A stretch of 62,538 nucleotides of DNA, counting the filler, from Gonapodya sp. JEL0774 (Eukaryota): assembly GCA_027604505.1 (NCBI GenBank). It is 28 parts of 28 records of this genome, joined end to end, with 100 filler letters (N's around TTAATTAATTAA, not from the genome) between each part and the next. Parts side by side here need not be neighbours in the genome. Positions count along the whole stretch, not along the records: positions 35,895 to 38,028 come from JADIIX010002211.1; positions 38,129 to 40,261 come from JADIIX010002212.1; positions 40,362 to 42,494 come from JADIIX010002213.1; positions 42,595 to 44,725 come from JADIIX010002214.1; positions 44,826 to 46,955 come from JADIIX010002215.1; 23 more parts are not named here. One strand, given 5' to 3'. The notes beneath the pieces were generated by a model that saw only the letters and a program-made list of their open reading frames with translations, was not told the DNA's origin and did not search any database. Position numbers and translations under genes: made by a program. Shown one piece after another: positions 36,376 to 47,055 of the stretch (positions are counted from its first letter, which is position 1; the number at the start of each line of letters is the position of its first letter).

Positions 36376-38028
36376 TTACAAGTCCATTAACGGATGCCAG
36401 CCCTCGGGTTTCTTCCGCTCCTCTACGACATTCACCACGGGTGGCGGAGTGGCGGGAGTAGTTGTTGGTACTACGGAATTCTGCTGAACAGCGATGTACG
36501 GTGTGTCCGCGGGCGGGAAGATGGGGAGACTCTTACGCTCGAGCGGAGGGGACGGTGGTGTAAAGGTGGGCGAGGACAGAGACGCAGGGGTGCCGGCTGT
36601 TCCGTTTGTGGTGGGGGTCCGGAAGGGTGTGTGATGGCCAAACGACATCGCGGTAAACTCGTTCGTGTGAGGCCGCGAATCCAGTACTGATGCAGACGCA
36701 TTTCGCGGGCTACCATCTGACACATCTTCGTTCGTCCATGGGTTGAAGTCCATCCCACCAAGTGGATCCGCAGGTTTCACACTACTGGAGGGAATAGCTG
36801 CTCCAGTACCACCAAACGCAGCTTCCAATCCCGCCGCCGCCTTACTCAGTGCGATATCCGACGCTGCAGCGACGGATTCCAGTCCTGCCGCGGCTCGAGA
36901 AAGAACCGTTTCTAAAAGGGACGTGGCACCTCCTGAGGTCGCCGTGAGGGTTGAACCCCAACCGTCACCATCTGCGCCATCACCACTCCATCCATCGAAT
37001 GTGGGAGGTGCGGGTTTGAAAGTAGTGGTGGTAGTTGTATTGGAACCCATCAATCCGGGAGAGGAACCACGAAGTCCGTGCCATGGTCCTCCGTTGGGAA
37101 CGCCCGCAGATGATCGATCGTCATCTCGGTCGGACGATATAACGGAGGTCGAACCCAATAAAGACCCGCTCGTGTAACCGCTGGCAGTTAGCTCCCTCAT
37201 ACTGCCATCTCCGTCGTCCACAGCATCCTCACCGAACGTCGTGCTCGGCCCTGCCGCAGAAACACTCTGCTCCATACCTTTGAGGACCCCATCGCTCCTG
37301 AAAAGCATCGTGCGCCAGTACTGTACGTCGCTGGGATCGGGAAGCAGCACGTCCGCATCATCGTCCGCAACCCGGGGACCTGGGGACGCGGGATCCACGG
37401 GTGTCATGAGGACAGAGTTGGGGTGCCCGGGCGTGACATAGATGGGGTTGAGTAGCCGTTCGCGGTTGCGCTGAAAATGACGCCAGATCGATTCAGTCGC
37501 CAGATCGAGAGTCTTTCCTTCCCGTCGTGTCCGAAAGTGTAGTCGCTCCTGCTCCGAATTGAAAAGAAAGTTTCCAAACTGGCAAGAGTACGTCGCAGCA
37601 GCAAGCTCCGCAAGATACTGCTCGCCAAACTCAAAGCGGGACGGAAACTGTCGCCATATCTGATACGTGCAGTCCAAAAATTGAAGGAACACGGGGCTCA
37701 CTTCGCGTGACTGGAAAGTGTTGCGGTTGCCCTGGTTGAGAGTGGCAGTTGTAGCAGGAGGTTCGGATGGACTCGGTGCTCGGCCATCCGAGTTCAAGCC
37801 GCCGCTCGCAGCTGCCTTGAGAAACCCTTGTGCAGTTTTCGCAGCCTGTCCAATCTGCTGACGAAAACTTGGTCCGTCCAACACTTTATCTTCCTTCCCA
37901 GGTGCCATTTCCTTGCTCAAATGTCCCGACCTCGAAGAAAACTTGTGCCCAGCTGCGACCCATTCCTTCTCCACGAGGATCGCGAAGCCAGCCATCGTGC
38001 GATAGTAAGGATCAAGACAAAGCATAGC
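36376..38028 (-). CDS. YMR1: Myotubularin-family phosphoinositide 3-phosphatase, C-terminal part
   Basis: LDPYYRTMAGFAILVEKEWVAAGHKF, SPVFLQFLDCTYQIWRQFPSRFEF, YSCQFGNFLFNSEQER. Confidence 0.92.
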   Translation of the reverse strand, partial: AMLCLDPYYRTMAGFAILVEKEWVAAGHKFSSRSGHLSKEMAPGKEDKVLDGPSFRQQIGQAAKTAQGFLKAAASGGLNSDGRAPSPSEPPATTATLNQGNRNTFQSREVSPVFLQFLDCTYQIWRQFPSRFEFGEQYLAELAAATYSCQFGNFLFNSEQERLHFRTRREGKTLDLATESIWRHFQRNRERLLNPIYVTPGHPNSVLMTPVDPASPGPRVADDDADVLLPDPSDVQYWRTMLFRSDGVLKGMEQSVSAAGPSTTFGEDAVDDGDGSMRELTASGYTSGSLLGSTSVISSDRDDDRSSAGVPNGGPWHGLRGSSPGLMGSNTTTTTTFKPAPPTFDGWSGDGADGDGWGSTLTATSGGATSLLETVLSRAAAGLESVAAASDIALSKAAAGLEAAFGGTGAAIPSSSVKPADPLGGMDFNPWTNEDVSDGSPRNASASVLDSRPHTNEFTAMSFGHHTPFRTPTTNGTAGTPASLSSPTFTPPSPPLERKSLPIFPPADTPYIAVQQNSVVPTTTPATPPPVVNVVEERKKPEGWHPLMDL

Positions 38029-38128
38029 NNNNNNNNNNNNNNNNNNNNNNNNNNNNNNNNNNNNNNNNNNNNTTAATTAATTAANNNNNNNNNNNNNNNN
38101 NNNNNNNNNNNNNNNNNNNNNNNNNNNN

Positions 38129-38623
38129 CATACTTGAAGCTCTTCTGGTTCCATCACAGAACACCCTGCAAAGTCCTAGAAACAATTTCACACCAAATCT
38201 CAATATGTCCAGTTCAGAAATCAGATATTCTGGATCCGCGACTTGGGAAAATAAGTCACCAAGGGTACGTTTGAGTTCCACAACTGTTCCTGGGAGATGT
38301 ACAGATTGCATCAGCATCATGATGCTGTTGTTGTGACGTTTGTAGACCAGATGTGGTGCATAGATTGTTTTGAGCACTCCCCAATTGAATGCGGCAGGTT
38401 TCAATGGATCAAGCAGTCAGTCCAGGGCTGGTGATACCACTGCAAAAATTGCAGCCCGAAAAAGACTGTCCTTACGCTCCCAGAGTGTTTTCTTGTTGCC
38501 GGTTTCTGTTGGGTGGATTTCTGTCCCATTCACAATTCCCATCACCTCCGCACTTTTCTTTCACTTTCTGAACCTTGCAGCATCGTCAAGAACACCCACA
38601 GCCCTTTTAAAACCGTCAGACAT
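38129..38623 (-). mobile_element. Degenerate Ty1/copia gag fragment
   Basis: VMGIVNGTEIHP...WERKDSLFRAAIFAVVS...AAFNWGVLKTIY with in-frame stops; copia gag N-terminal pattern. Confidence 0.65.
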
Positions 38624-38759
38624 GTTTGAATGTGGGGCTGGATTGCTTATCTATATTTTCGTTGTGCACACAACTGAGCTCACAAACTATGCCCTTCACC
38701 ACATCCAGATTGACATACAAGCCTTTTCCCAAACTCTTTTGATTCCTGAGAACTACCAA

Positions 38760-39121
38760 ACTTGACAGATTGGATCATGTCACTCACCACATTGGCATTC
38801 TCTTCCACCGTTGCATCCAATGCTGGCTCCTACTCGTTCTTGCCTGTGAGCTTTTTGGATAATGTGTTCTGCTGCTCCCAGGCAATTAATTATGAGGGCT
38901 TGACCCAGCAATCAGTGTTCTGGTGGGTAACTTTTGAGTACTGCAACGGGTTTTCTCTCCTCATCGCCTCCGCCACTTCCATCCAGCACTTCTGCATCGT
39001 GTCCTGCTTTCCTGTTGCTTCAAAGGGCCTGATGATGTTGGCATGGCGCATGAGGACAAGTGAGGAGGTTGAGTTTACAGGTGGAAATTTCCACAGTAGT
39101 AGCAGCTGTTCCTGAGTCGAT
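38760..39121 (-). pseudogene. Myb/SANT-like DNA-binding protein remnant (Harbinger ORF2-like)
   Basis: LMRHANIIRPFEATGKQDTMQKCWMEVAEAMRRE resembles transposon-associated Myb/SANT-like proteins; stops downstream. Confidence 0.45.
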
Positions 39122-40261
39122 TGTTTTGGAATCGTGGTTCTCTGTCTTCTGTGCAACGATGTATATTACAGTTGTGCCACTCATCTATGATGACAGGCTA
39201 ATACAGTTTACCCACTAGACATACAGATAGTATGCACAGTGTCCATACACCAACACTCCCCTTGATCATGAACATCATGATCCATCGTGGTCCTCTGACA
39301 TTCCCATACCAGCTCTGTGCTTTTGGAATGAATCCCTGGGAAGTGACTTCATGATGACATTTGCAGTGTTCTTTCCAGTAGGAACATATAACAATTGAAG
39401 AGTCCTGTTCTTGATCTCCTCACAAACAAAAAAGTACTTAAGCTTGAAATGTTTTGTCATCTCGTGATTCTTTTGGTTGTGAGCTAGTGACAAGGGTCCT
39501 TTCTTATTGCCATATAAAACACTTCATTGGGTTGGCCTTTTCCAATCACTTCCACATTTGAAGGTAATGGTATTCCAAGTTCAGAGAAAATATGCAGAAC
39601 CACAGTAGTTCTTTGACAGCATGATGTTGCAAGACAAATTCTGCATATGTTGTCAAATCTGTCAAAAGCTCCTGCTTTCCAGATGACCAGCTGATGGCTC
39701 CCTCTGACAACATAAACAGATATCCTTGTCAAGCCTTCATATCATGTCTGTCACATGCAAAAGAAGAATCATAGTAACCATGAAAATCAACACGTGTGGT
39801 GTTCTGCAGGGGACCATCTCTCCCAATATAAGTGATTCCATAATAAGCAGTTCCTTTGAGGTAGCACAACAGGTAAATCAATGCATCAAAGTGTTTCTTG
39901 CTAGGATTATCTAATGCTTCACAAATAATTGTACAGTATTTTCTTCTCCTGAGTTTCTGCTTGGGACATTCTACCTGTTCCTCCTGGACCCGGGATTCTA
40001 CTCAAAGGTACAGACCTTTCCCTTGGACCAAGCTCATTGCATCATAGAGTGGTGAGTAGTCAGACTTCTTTGTGTGCATGCTTTGATAGATTTGTTTTCG
40101 TTATAGGGGATCCAGCTTCCATCCTAGATTTCACGAACTTCCCACCATATGGAGTTGTTTGGCAGCCTGGAGGGCCCCTTTGGATGTGAAGTTCCTATGG
40201 TGTTGGACATAATGCCATAATTATTTGTATATGGCGCAGACTTGGTCTATGGGACATTTGG
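39122..40261 (-). mobile_element. Degenerate Ty1/copia RT-RNase H end, PPT and short 3' LTR
   Basis: GYLFMLSEGAISWSSGKQ and TKHFKLKYFFV...YVPTGKNTANVIMKSL; PPT TCAAGGGGAG (39265-39256); LTR TGTTGG (39255) to CCAAAACA (about 39122). Confidence 0.88.
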
Positions 40262-40361
40262 NNNNNNNNNNNNNNNNNNNNNNNNNNNNNNNNNNNNNNN
40301 NNNNNTTAATTAATTAANNNNNNNNNNNNNNNNNNNNNNNNNNNNNNNNNNNNNNNNNNNN

Positions 40362-42494
40362 ATGATATCACTCCAGTTCTGTGTTCCAGTGAGGTAAAAT
40401 GCCTCCTGAAGAGCAGTACCATCAGGAAACACAATTCTTAAGACAAAATTATGCATGAGTTCATGACTGGTCTTGAAACATATGTATTAGCGTACCTTCT
40501 GAATTCATCCTCAAAGGCTGCCCTGTCTTGAGCCGAAATGTGGACAAGGGAAGTGGCCATGAGGGATTGGAAGTCGATGCAGAGGTTTGATGCCAGCAGC
40601 CGTGGCGGTGCAATGGGGACAAATGGATGCGCTTTTGATCCCTTTGAGGACTTGGTTGGTGCCTTGGGGTCCAGGACAGCAGAATTTGTTGCTTTCAACA
40701 GTGCGGAGATGGCTGTGTCAGTGTAGGAAGAGAGATCAGGTATACGCTCTTCAATGTCCTCTATGGGGAAGTTGAAATTTGTTCTGTAGATCACACATGG
40801 AGGCTTAGAAGGGAATGACAAACTTTTTGAAGTAAGATTGTACAAACCTTGGTTCCCAAGTTGATGCAGACGGTGGCCATCCAGTCCACTTGACCAAGTA
40901 CTGTCTCAACTGGCCAGCATCTCCTCTAAATCCCAGAATTGCTTCAACTTCAAAGTCCTCAACTTCTCCAGGCGTTGCAAGTGTTGCCAGGGCAATGTCA
41001 TTGGTGGAAATTGTGGCAGGAATGGCCCTGAGGTTTCGCTGGTGGAACCACCTTGCTGCTTGTGAGCCAGGTACATCATCCAAATTTGGGCCCTGGTGAA
41101 TCCATCGCAACTGGTACAGGTATTTTTCACGGTTGACATTGATGATTGTTGCTGCGTGAGCCCAAACTGGTCCTGGCTGTTTACGGAGACCCCGAACTAC
41201 CTTGCGAACAAACACTCGGTCACCCACGCTGAGGTGCTGAGGAAGTTGAGCCATCTGATTCAATGATCTATAACAAAGTCAGTGTCACCCAGGTAGAAAG
41301 TTACAACCAGGGACTCACCTTGCTACCGCTTTTGCTCCTGCTGCAACCATGTTTTTGTGAGCAGTTGCGATGAGTTGTTGGTGCTCTTCCCGCAATAGAG
41401 TGCGATCTACAATCTGACAACGAAGGCTAGGTGGTACATTGAAACTGGCGGTGGTTCTGCCGTAGAATAGCTCGTCTGGAATGCATTTGGTTGTTGAATG
41501 GCGCTCGTGGTTGTACGTTGAGATGACAGCCTGCAGAACGTCCTCTGCATCCTCGAGAGAGCAGTGGTTAGGGTCCAAGCCTTTGGTGCGCATTCCGTGC
41601 CATACCCTTGGCTTCACTGTCTGATGAGCCCTCTCGATGGATCCTTGGTTCTGCGGATGGTAGGGCCGGCCATGGATGCGTTCAACACCAAACTCCCTGT
41701 GCGTTTTCATGACGTTATTAGCTCGGAACTCCTTGCCGTTGTCACTTAGAAATCTACAGAAAGACCATTAGAACAGCAGCAATGAAAAAAAGAAAAGACA
41801 TACCTTTCAGGAGGCCCATCATCAGTGTACAAATTCCTGATGAACAGTTCCACATTCTCTGAAGTGTGTTGACGATAAAGGGAACCCCAAAACTTCTTGC
41901 TGAAGTGATCAACGGCAAGGAGCATGTTATGGCTGCTGAGCTTGGTGAAGTCGTAGACATAAATCTCTTTAGGGTGCGTAGTAATAATGGGAAGGAGAGG
42001 TACTGGATTTGGTGCAGCATGAGATGTGATGCACTGTGGGCATCGAGAGATGAGAGAATGGAAGATCGGATACAGTGTGCCAAGGTAGAAGCTTGAGGAG
42101 CACTTCTCCCATGTGCAATTGATGCCTGGGTGAGTGCCGTGGTCAGAGGACAGGTGATTGTGGCTATAGAGTTCGAGAAACTGCAGAGAAATGTTGGTTT
42201 GTTTATTCATCATGTTGAAACATGCAAACGGAGAATGTGCACACTCACTTCATCTAATGAGCGGAGCACAAGTAAGCCCCTTCGCTTTTTGTAGCTGTAG
42301 ACAAGCCTACTGTCAAGAATATGGTACTTTGAAGACTGGAGTCCAACTGCAAAGTTAGTAACACGAGGGTAAAACCACTGAGGAATGTCAATTACCTTGC
42401 GTTTGAAGTCCTTCCGTTTGGATAACATACCAACTCTTGCAATAGAGGCTGGAAACTGCTTGTTCTGAAGATATGTAGCAATCTCGGAGTGTTT
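40362..42494 (-). mobile_element. Intron-containing integrase-chromodomain gene (Ginger-like transposase or domesticated integrase)
   Basis: Six short GT-AG introns join an uninterrupted frame with H2C2-like zinc motif (H..HPGIN...CPQC), D (YVYDFT), D (SDNGKEF), E at D+36 (HPQNQGSIER), VGDRVFVR C-terminal module and chromodomain (FEVEAIL...YLVKWTGW...TWEPR|TNF). Confidence 0.85.
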
Positions 42495-42609
42495 NNNNNN
42501 NNNNNNNNNNNNNNNNNNNNNNNNNNNNNNNNNNNNNNTTAATTAATTAANNNNNNNNNNNNNNNNNNNNNNNNNNNNNNNNNNNNNNNNNNNNGTGCTC
42601 CTCCCCGCT

Positions 42610-43943
42610 CTACACAGCGGGTTTGAACTCGGGGTATACAGCTCCGTTCCGCTGAATGACCTCCTTCGCCACATAGTGCCCTGCTGAAACAGCTTCGTCA
42701 ATGGACTTGCCCTGAACAAGTTTGGCAAGGAATCCGCCTGCGAAAGCGTCACCTGAGGGGACGGGCGTGGAAAGAATTGCAGAGATATTGACACGAGGGG
42801 TGAAATCAATGAGTGGTCAAGAGGGAAGACGGTTCAAAAGGCTACCTTGATTAATACATACCGGCTCCGTTGGTGTCGATCACTTTTGCGGGATCGATTT
42901 TATCGACGGGGTAGATCTTGCTCTCCCCTCCGTAGTTCACCACCGTGCTCTCTGATCCCTGCGTGATCACGACCAACCGCTTCTTGCCGTTCTTTTTCGG
43001 CAGCGCTGCGATCTTGGCGGCGATGGCGACAACGTCCACCTTGGGCTCCACCAGGTCAGTCCAGCCGTGAGCCTTGGCGAACGCTTCGGCTTCGCTCTCG
43101 TTGCCGAAGAGGAGGTCCCAGTAAGGTGAGACTTCGTCCATGCCGGCTTGGAAGAACTGAGAGAGGAAAGGCGCAGAGAGGTTCATGGTGAACCACTTGC
43201 CCTTCTCCTCAGCGTGGCGTGCGAGTTCCATGATGCTCTCCTGAGAGACGGTCAAGAAGAAGCCGCCCACGTAGATTACCTGAGCGGTCTCGACAAGGGA
43301 CCAAATTTCGGGTTGGCGGTGGTGTGCAGGTTTGTAGTTGTTGGCGGCGGCGAGGTTGGCGACAAGAGAGCGGTTTTTGCCCGACGAAGAGACGAGGACA
43401 GCACAGGTGCCGGTGGGGGTAGTCGTGTCCTGTGCACGTGTCGGGTCGGAAAATTACAAGCCAGGTGACGGGCGAAGATATATCGAAAAATCGACAGTCC
43501 GAAAGAATCGAGACTCAGCGAGAGTAGAAAAGCATTTCGTAACATCCCTCGATCGCCAAACTCAGACTCACCACGTGGTATTGGACGTCCACACCCGCCT
43601 TCCTAGCGTTCTCCCTCATAATGTCAGCGTAGCCGTCCTTCCCGACCGAGCCCAGATACGTCGTGGATCCAGCAGGAAGCAGCCACTGCGCCCCCCGAAT
43701 AGCGTTCTGTGCTGCTCCACCTGGGACGTACAGAGGTTTGAAACTGTCTGCGGAGATCTCCACGTACAATGGGGCGTGTTCTGGGCCCGCCAGGATGGCA
43801 TTGTTCGCTTCGAGGGACCATTTGGATAGAATTTCCGTGCCATCGACGTCGACGGAGATGTCGAGCAAGGGGTTGCCGATGCCGAGGAGGGCGTGGTCAG
43901 TTGTGGAGGGTGCGGGACGTAAGGGGGTGGAGAACGTGGACAT
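42610..43943 (-). CDS. ADO1: Adenosine kinase (complete, spliced)
   Basis: GIGNPLLDIS, PGGAAQNAIRGAQW, NLSAPF, FGNESEA, DTNGAG|DAFAGGF. Confidence 0.96.
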
Positions 43944-44266
43944 GGGGAAATTTAATGGGATTGATTGGATTGCAAAGAGAGAAAGCGAATGATGCGATCG
44001 AGGTTTGGGAGTTTGGGATTGCGACTGAAAGAGAAGCAGAAAACGAGCAACGTGCTAAACGCGATGTTCAAGGTGAAGTCCAGTGGCGAAGCTCAACCCC
44101 AATCACCCAATCACCCAACCAGAACTTCAGTTTCACGCAAAATGTTTGTGACCCTCCGATGAAATTTCCCGCTGCATGCTTGCATAATTATCGTTGTTTG
44201 CTGGTTTTTGAAGACGAATTTCTTCATCGGAAATTCACATTCCCAACACAAAGGTACATGAAGAAA

Positions 44267-44725
44267 CTAGCGTAATGCAGCTTTGACAAAGTGTAAAGGC
44301 CAATATATCAATTTCTGGTCCTTGTGCGACCATCTTATCGCTCGGTCTCTGTCTATCATTGGCTTACATCCACCCAACTGTTTCTGTGCTCTCATTTCAG
44401 TGAAATCCTCAGAACGATGCAAACTGATATACTGTTGACCGCCTGCTCCACCAATTAAAGTTGGCATTCCCCACTCGAAGAAGATGTCCACCTTTGAGTG
44501 CCGCTGTTCAATGATAGAATTCAGTTCCTCTTCGTGCAAGTTATTAAATGAATCGATCAAGGTGCGATTGAGGCTCAGTGAATTGAGCTTCGGAAGATTC
44601 TCAATCACACGCCGAACAATTGCGATGGAACATCCCAGAGCATCATCGGTCCCCACCACTGAGAGCCGATATGTGAAGTTCGCGAGCTCCAGTGCCAGAA
44701 GATTCCCACAGTAGTTTGTGACATC
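44267..44725 (-). CDS. Leucine-rich-repeat-like protein, C-terminal part
   Basis: VIENLPKLNSLSLNRT LRR-like pattern; open from contig edge. Confidence 0.5.
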   Translation of the reverse strand, partial: DVTNYCGNLLALELANFTYRLSVVGTDDALGCSIAIVRRVIENLPKLNSLSLNRTLIDSFNNLHEEELNSIIEQRHSKVDIFFEWGMPTLIGGAGGQQYISLHRSEDFTEMRAQKQLGGCKPMIDRDRAIRWSHKDQKLIYWPLHFVKAALR

Positions 44726-45701
44726 NNNNNNNNNNNNNNNNNNNNNNNNNNNNNNNNNNNNNNNNNNNNTTAATTAATTAANNNNNNNNNNNNNNNNNNN
44801 NNNNNNNNNNNNNNNNNNNNNNNNNATACAGAGCCCGGCATTGGCTTAGAACCCATCGCCGATTTGTGATGTCACGAGTACCGAAGAGTTTCCTTTGGTG
44901 GCTTCAATTTTTTTGCGTACGGTGGGATCAGATCACATGGGTCCTTGATCGAAATAATAATGCGCCAGATGGATCAGCGGATCCACCAGCCAACATTTGT
45001 TTAGCTCACATGCAATAACTTTAGAAGAACCAAAACGCTGCGGACGCTGACCAGATTTATCTGCCTAAGTACGTGCTATTACAGTACAAGTTTCTCCGAC
45101 ACTCGTGTATATCTTCAGTATCACCGCATCCCGCACGACTTAGCTTCCCCGTCTTTCCCGTCCAAATTACTTCGTTTCCGGAAAATACGACCCTATTGAT
45201 AAAAAGTATGCCCCCTTCCAACATTCCTCACCCATGACTGCTGTCACACAACCGTGAACCCACATGGACCGCTCTCTTAGCACTCCTTAAACTCAACCAA
45301 AGAGGCCAACTCTCCTCTCATCAGGTATTTCAAGAACTGGCTATCACAAAAGGGTGACAATCAACCTCGCACGGTGAGGGTCCAATACGCCAAATTCGGT
45401 AGAGTCCGTATCGTCAGACAAAGGTTGAGACAACGCGAAACAATGACTTATCATCATGCTCTTTGAGTGTGGATACACCTCGAAGACTTCTAAGATCCTG
45501 AGATGCGGTGCAAAATAACACTGACTGGTTTAAGTGTCCCAATTGTCAATTTCGAATGGTCCAAGACTGAAACGCTATTCCTGATAAGCCACCGAATACT
45601 TTGATGGTTGCCTGTTGACATGGAGTGGCAACTTCGAATGAGTTCATCGCCATCTGCTCAGACATCACAGACCTATAAGTCCGTACAAGAAGGAGATTCG
45701 T

Positions 45702-46058
45702 CTACGAGCCACAACATGCCAGACATAGCAACAAGCATTGTCCCGTCAGCTCTAATACAGCGCAGACTGGTGCGCAAATAGCGCACAACGCTCCGCAGCA
45801 TTCACAGCATTCGCATTCTTTGCGGCAATACCGAGGTTCTTCCTTTACCGTCCCCCCATCCACGAGGTGCATCTGAGATGATTCAGCATCACCATTTGAG
45901 AGACGAACAGCGTCAAAGGACGTGGGCTGGGGCTGGGGAAGCAGTGGCTGAGTGACGGTAGTGGAAGTTGAAGGTGCAGGAGTGGTGGGGTAGAAGGCAG
46001 GCCGTTGGGGAGGGGGAAGAGTAGAGTAGGGAGGAGGCGGGGCATCTTCAGATGACAT
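45702..46058 (-). CDS. Small PPxY protein with Cys-rich hydrophobic C-terminus (CYSTM-like), copy 2
   Basis: 118 aa; PPPPY near N-terminus; C-terminal CECCECCGALCAICAPVCAVLELTGQCLLLCLACC. Confidence 0.75.
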   Translation of the reverse strand: MSSEDAPPPPYSTLPPPQRPAFYPTTPAPSTSTTVTQPLLPQPQPTSFDAVRLSNGDAESSQMHLVDGGTVKEEPRYCRKECECCECCGALCAICAPVCAVLELTGQCLLLCLACCGS

Positions 46059-46422
46059 CGGCAGAGGAATCGTGAAAATGGGAGATCGAGAAAAGATGAG
46101 GGAATCACGGTCAAAGGTTGGGGTCTTTGTATTTGCTAGTGCGCACCGCCTCTCGTAAGAGCACGACCATGTTTATTCGACAAGCGGCCAGAGCCACAAT
46201 AATATCAATGCTTGGAACGTAGAATCCCGTCTCGAGTGTCCAACTGATGTTAAAGTGCAACATCGGTCAAAGATGTCAGTGTCCGATCCCCGGATTTCTC
46301 ATGAGATACAATGTGCAAAGTCCTCTGAGATTCCAGTTGAGCTACATTATTGCCACAATCTGGTATCTCGTTTCCGTCGGGATGGTGTCAATAAGTTCAC
46401 GTCCCCGCCAATTCAAGGCCCA

Positions 46423-46749
46423 TCATACATGCGACGGTCGAAAACACCTCGTACAGAACAAGCAACACTGCCCGCACTGCTGCAGCGCCGCTAACAGTGG
46501 CCCACACGTCATGGCGCAGCGCTCAAAAGAGTCTGGACATCCTCGCCGGCCTCCGAAACGGTCACCCGCCCCATCAAGGTCATCCAGAAAGTAATCCTTC
46601 CCTGTAGCATCCGATAATCGAACTACATCTAGTGATTTGGAAGGCCGCCTGCTCATCAGGGACTCGGAATCCCTGTCAGTCATGTGAGGGGTGGATGGGT
46701 ACGAAGGAGGAGAGGACATCAAGGGCTCGGGGGAGGACGACGATGACAT
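46423..46749 (-). CDS. Small PPxY protein with Cys-rich hydrophobic C-terminus (CYSTM-like), copy 1
   Basis: 108 aa from ATG 46749; PPSY; SLDVVRLS; CAMTCGPLLAALQQCGQCCLFCTRC; collinear similarity to 45702-46058. Confidence 0.7.
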   Translation of the reverse strand: MSSSSSPEPLMSSPPSYPSTPHMTDRDSESLMSRRPSKSLDVVRLSDATGKDYFLDDLDGAGDRFGGRRGCPDSFERCAMTCGPLLAALQQCGQCCLFCTRCFRPSHV

Positions 46750-47055
46750 CAACAAGAGTGCAAATTTGATAAGCTTGAGGATTCGGAGATCCGTGTGGAT
46801 TCTGACGGTGTGATTGGAGAATCGGTCGTGCTGAGTGTCGGAGATGTGTTCGCACATGCATCATAGGGCGCCCAACGTCATGCAGAGCCACGCCAGAGGT
46901 TGCAGGTAGAGGCACCGCTCCTGAAAGAGAGCTGACGTTCTCTGCCACAAGATTCNNNNNNNNNNNNNNNNNNNNNNNNNNNNNNNNNNNNNNNNNNNNT
47001 TAATTAATTAANNNNNNNNNNNNNNNNNNNNNNNNNNNNNNNNNNNNNNNNNNNN

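Noticed and set aside
40362..44725. Apparent clustering of the integrase with ADO1 and copia remnants
   Set aside because: They lie on different contigs; adjacency comes from length sorting.
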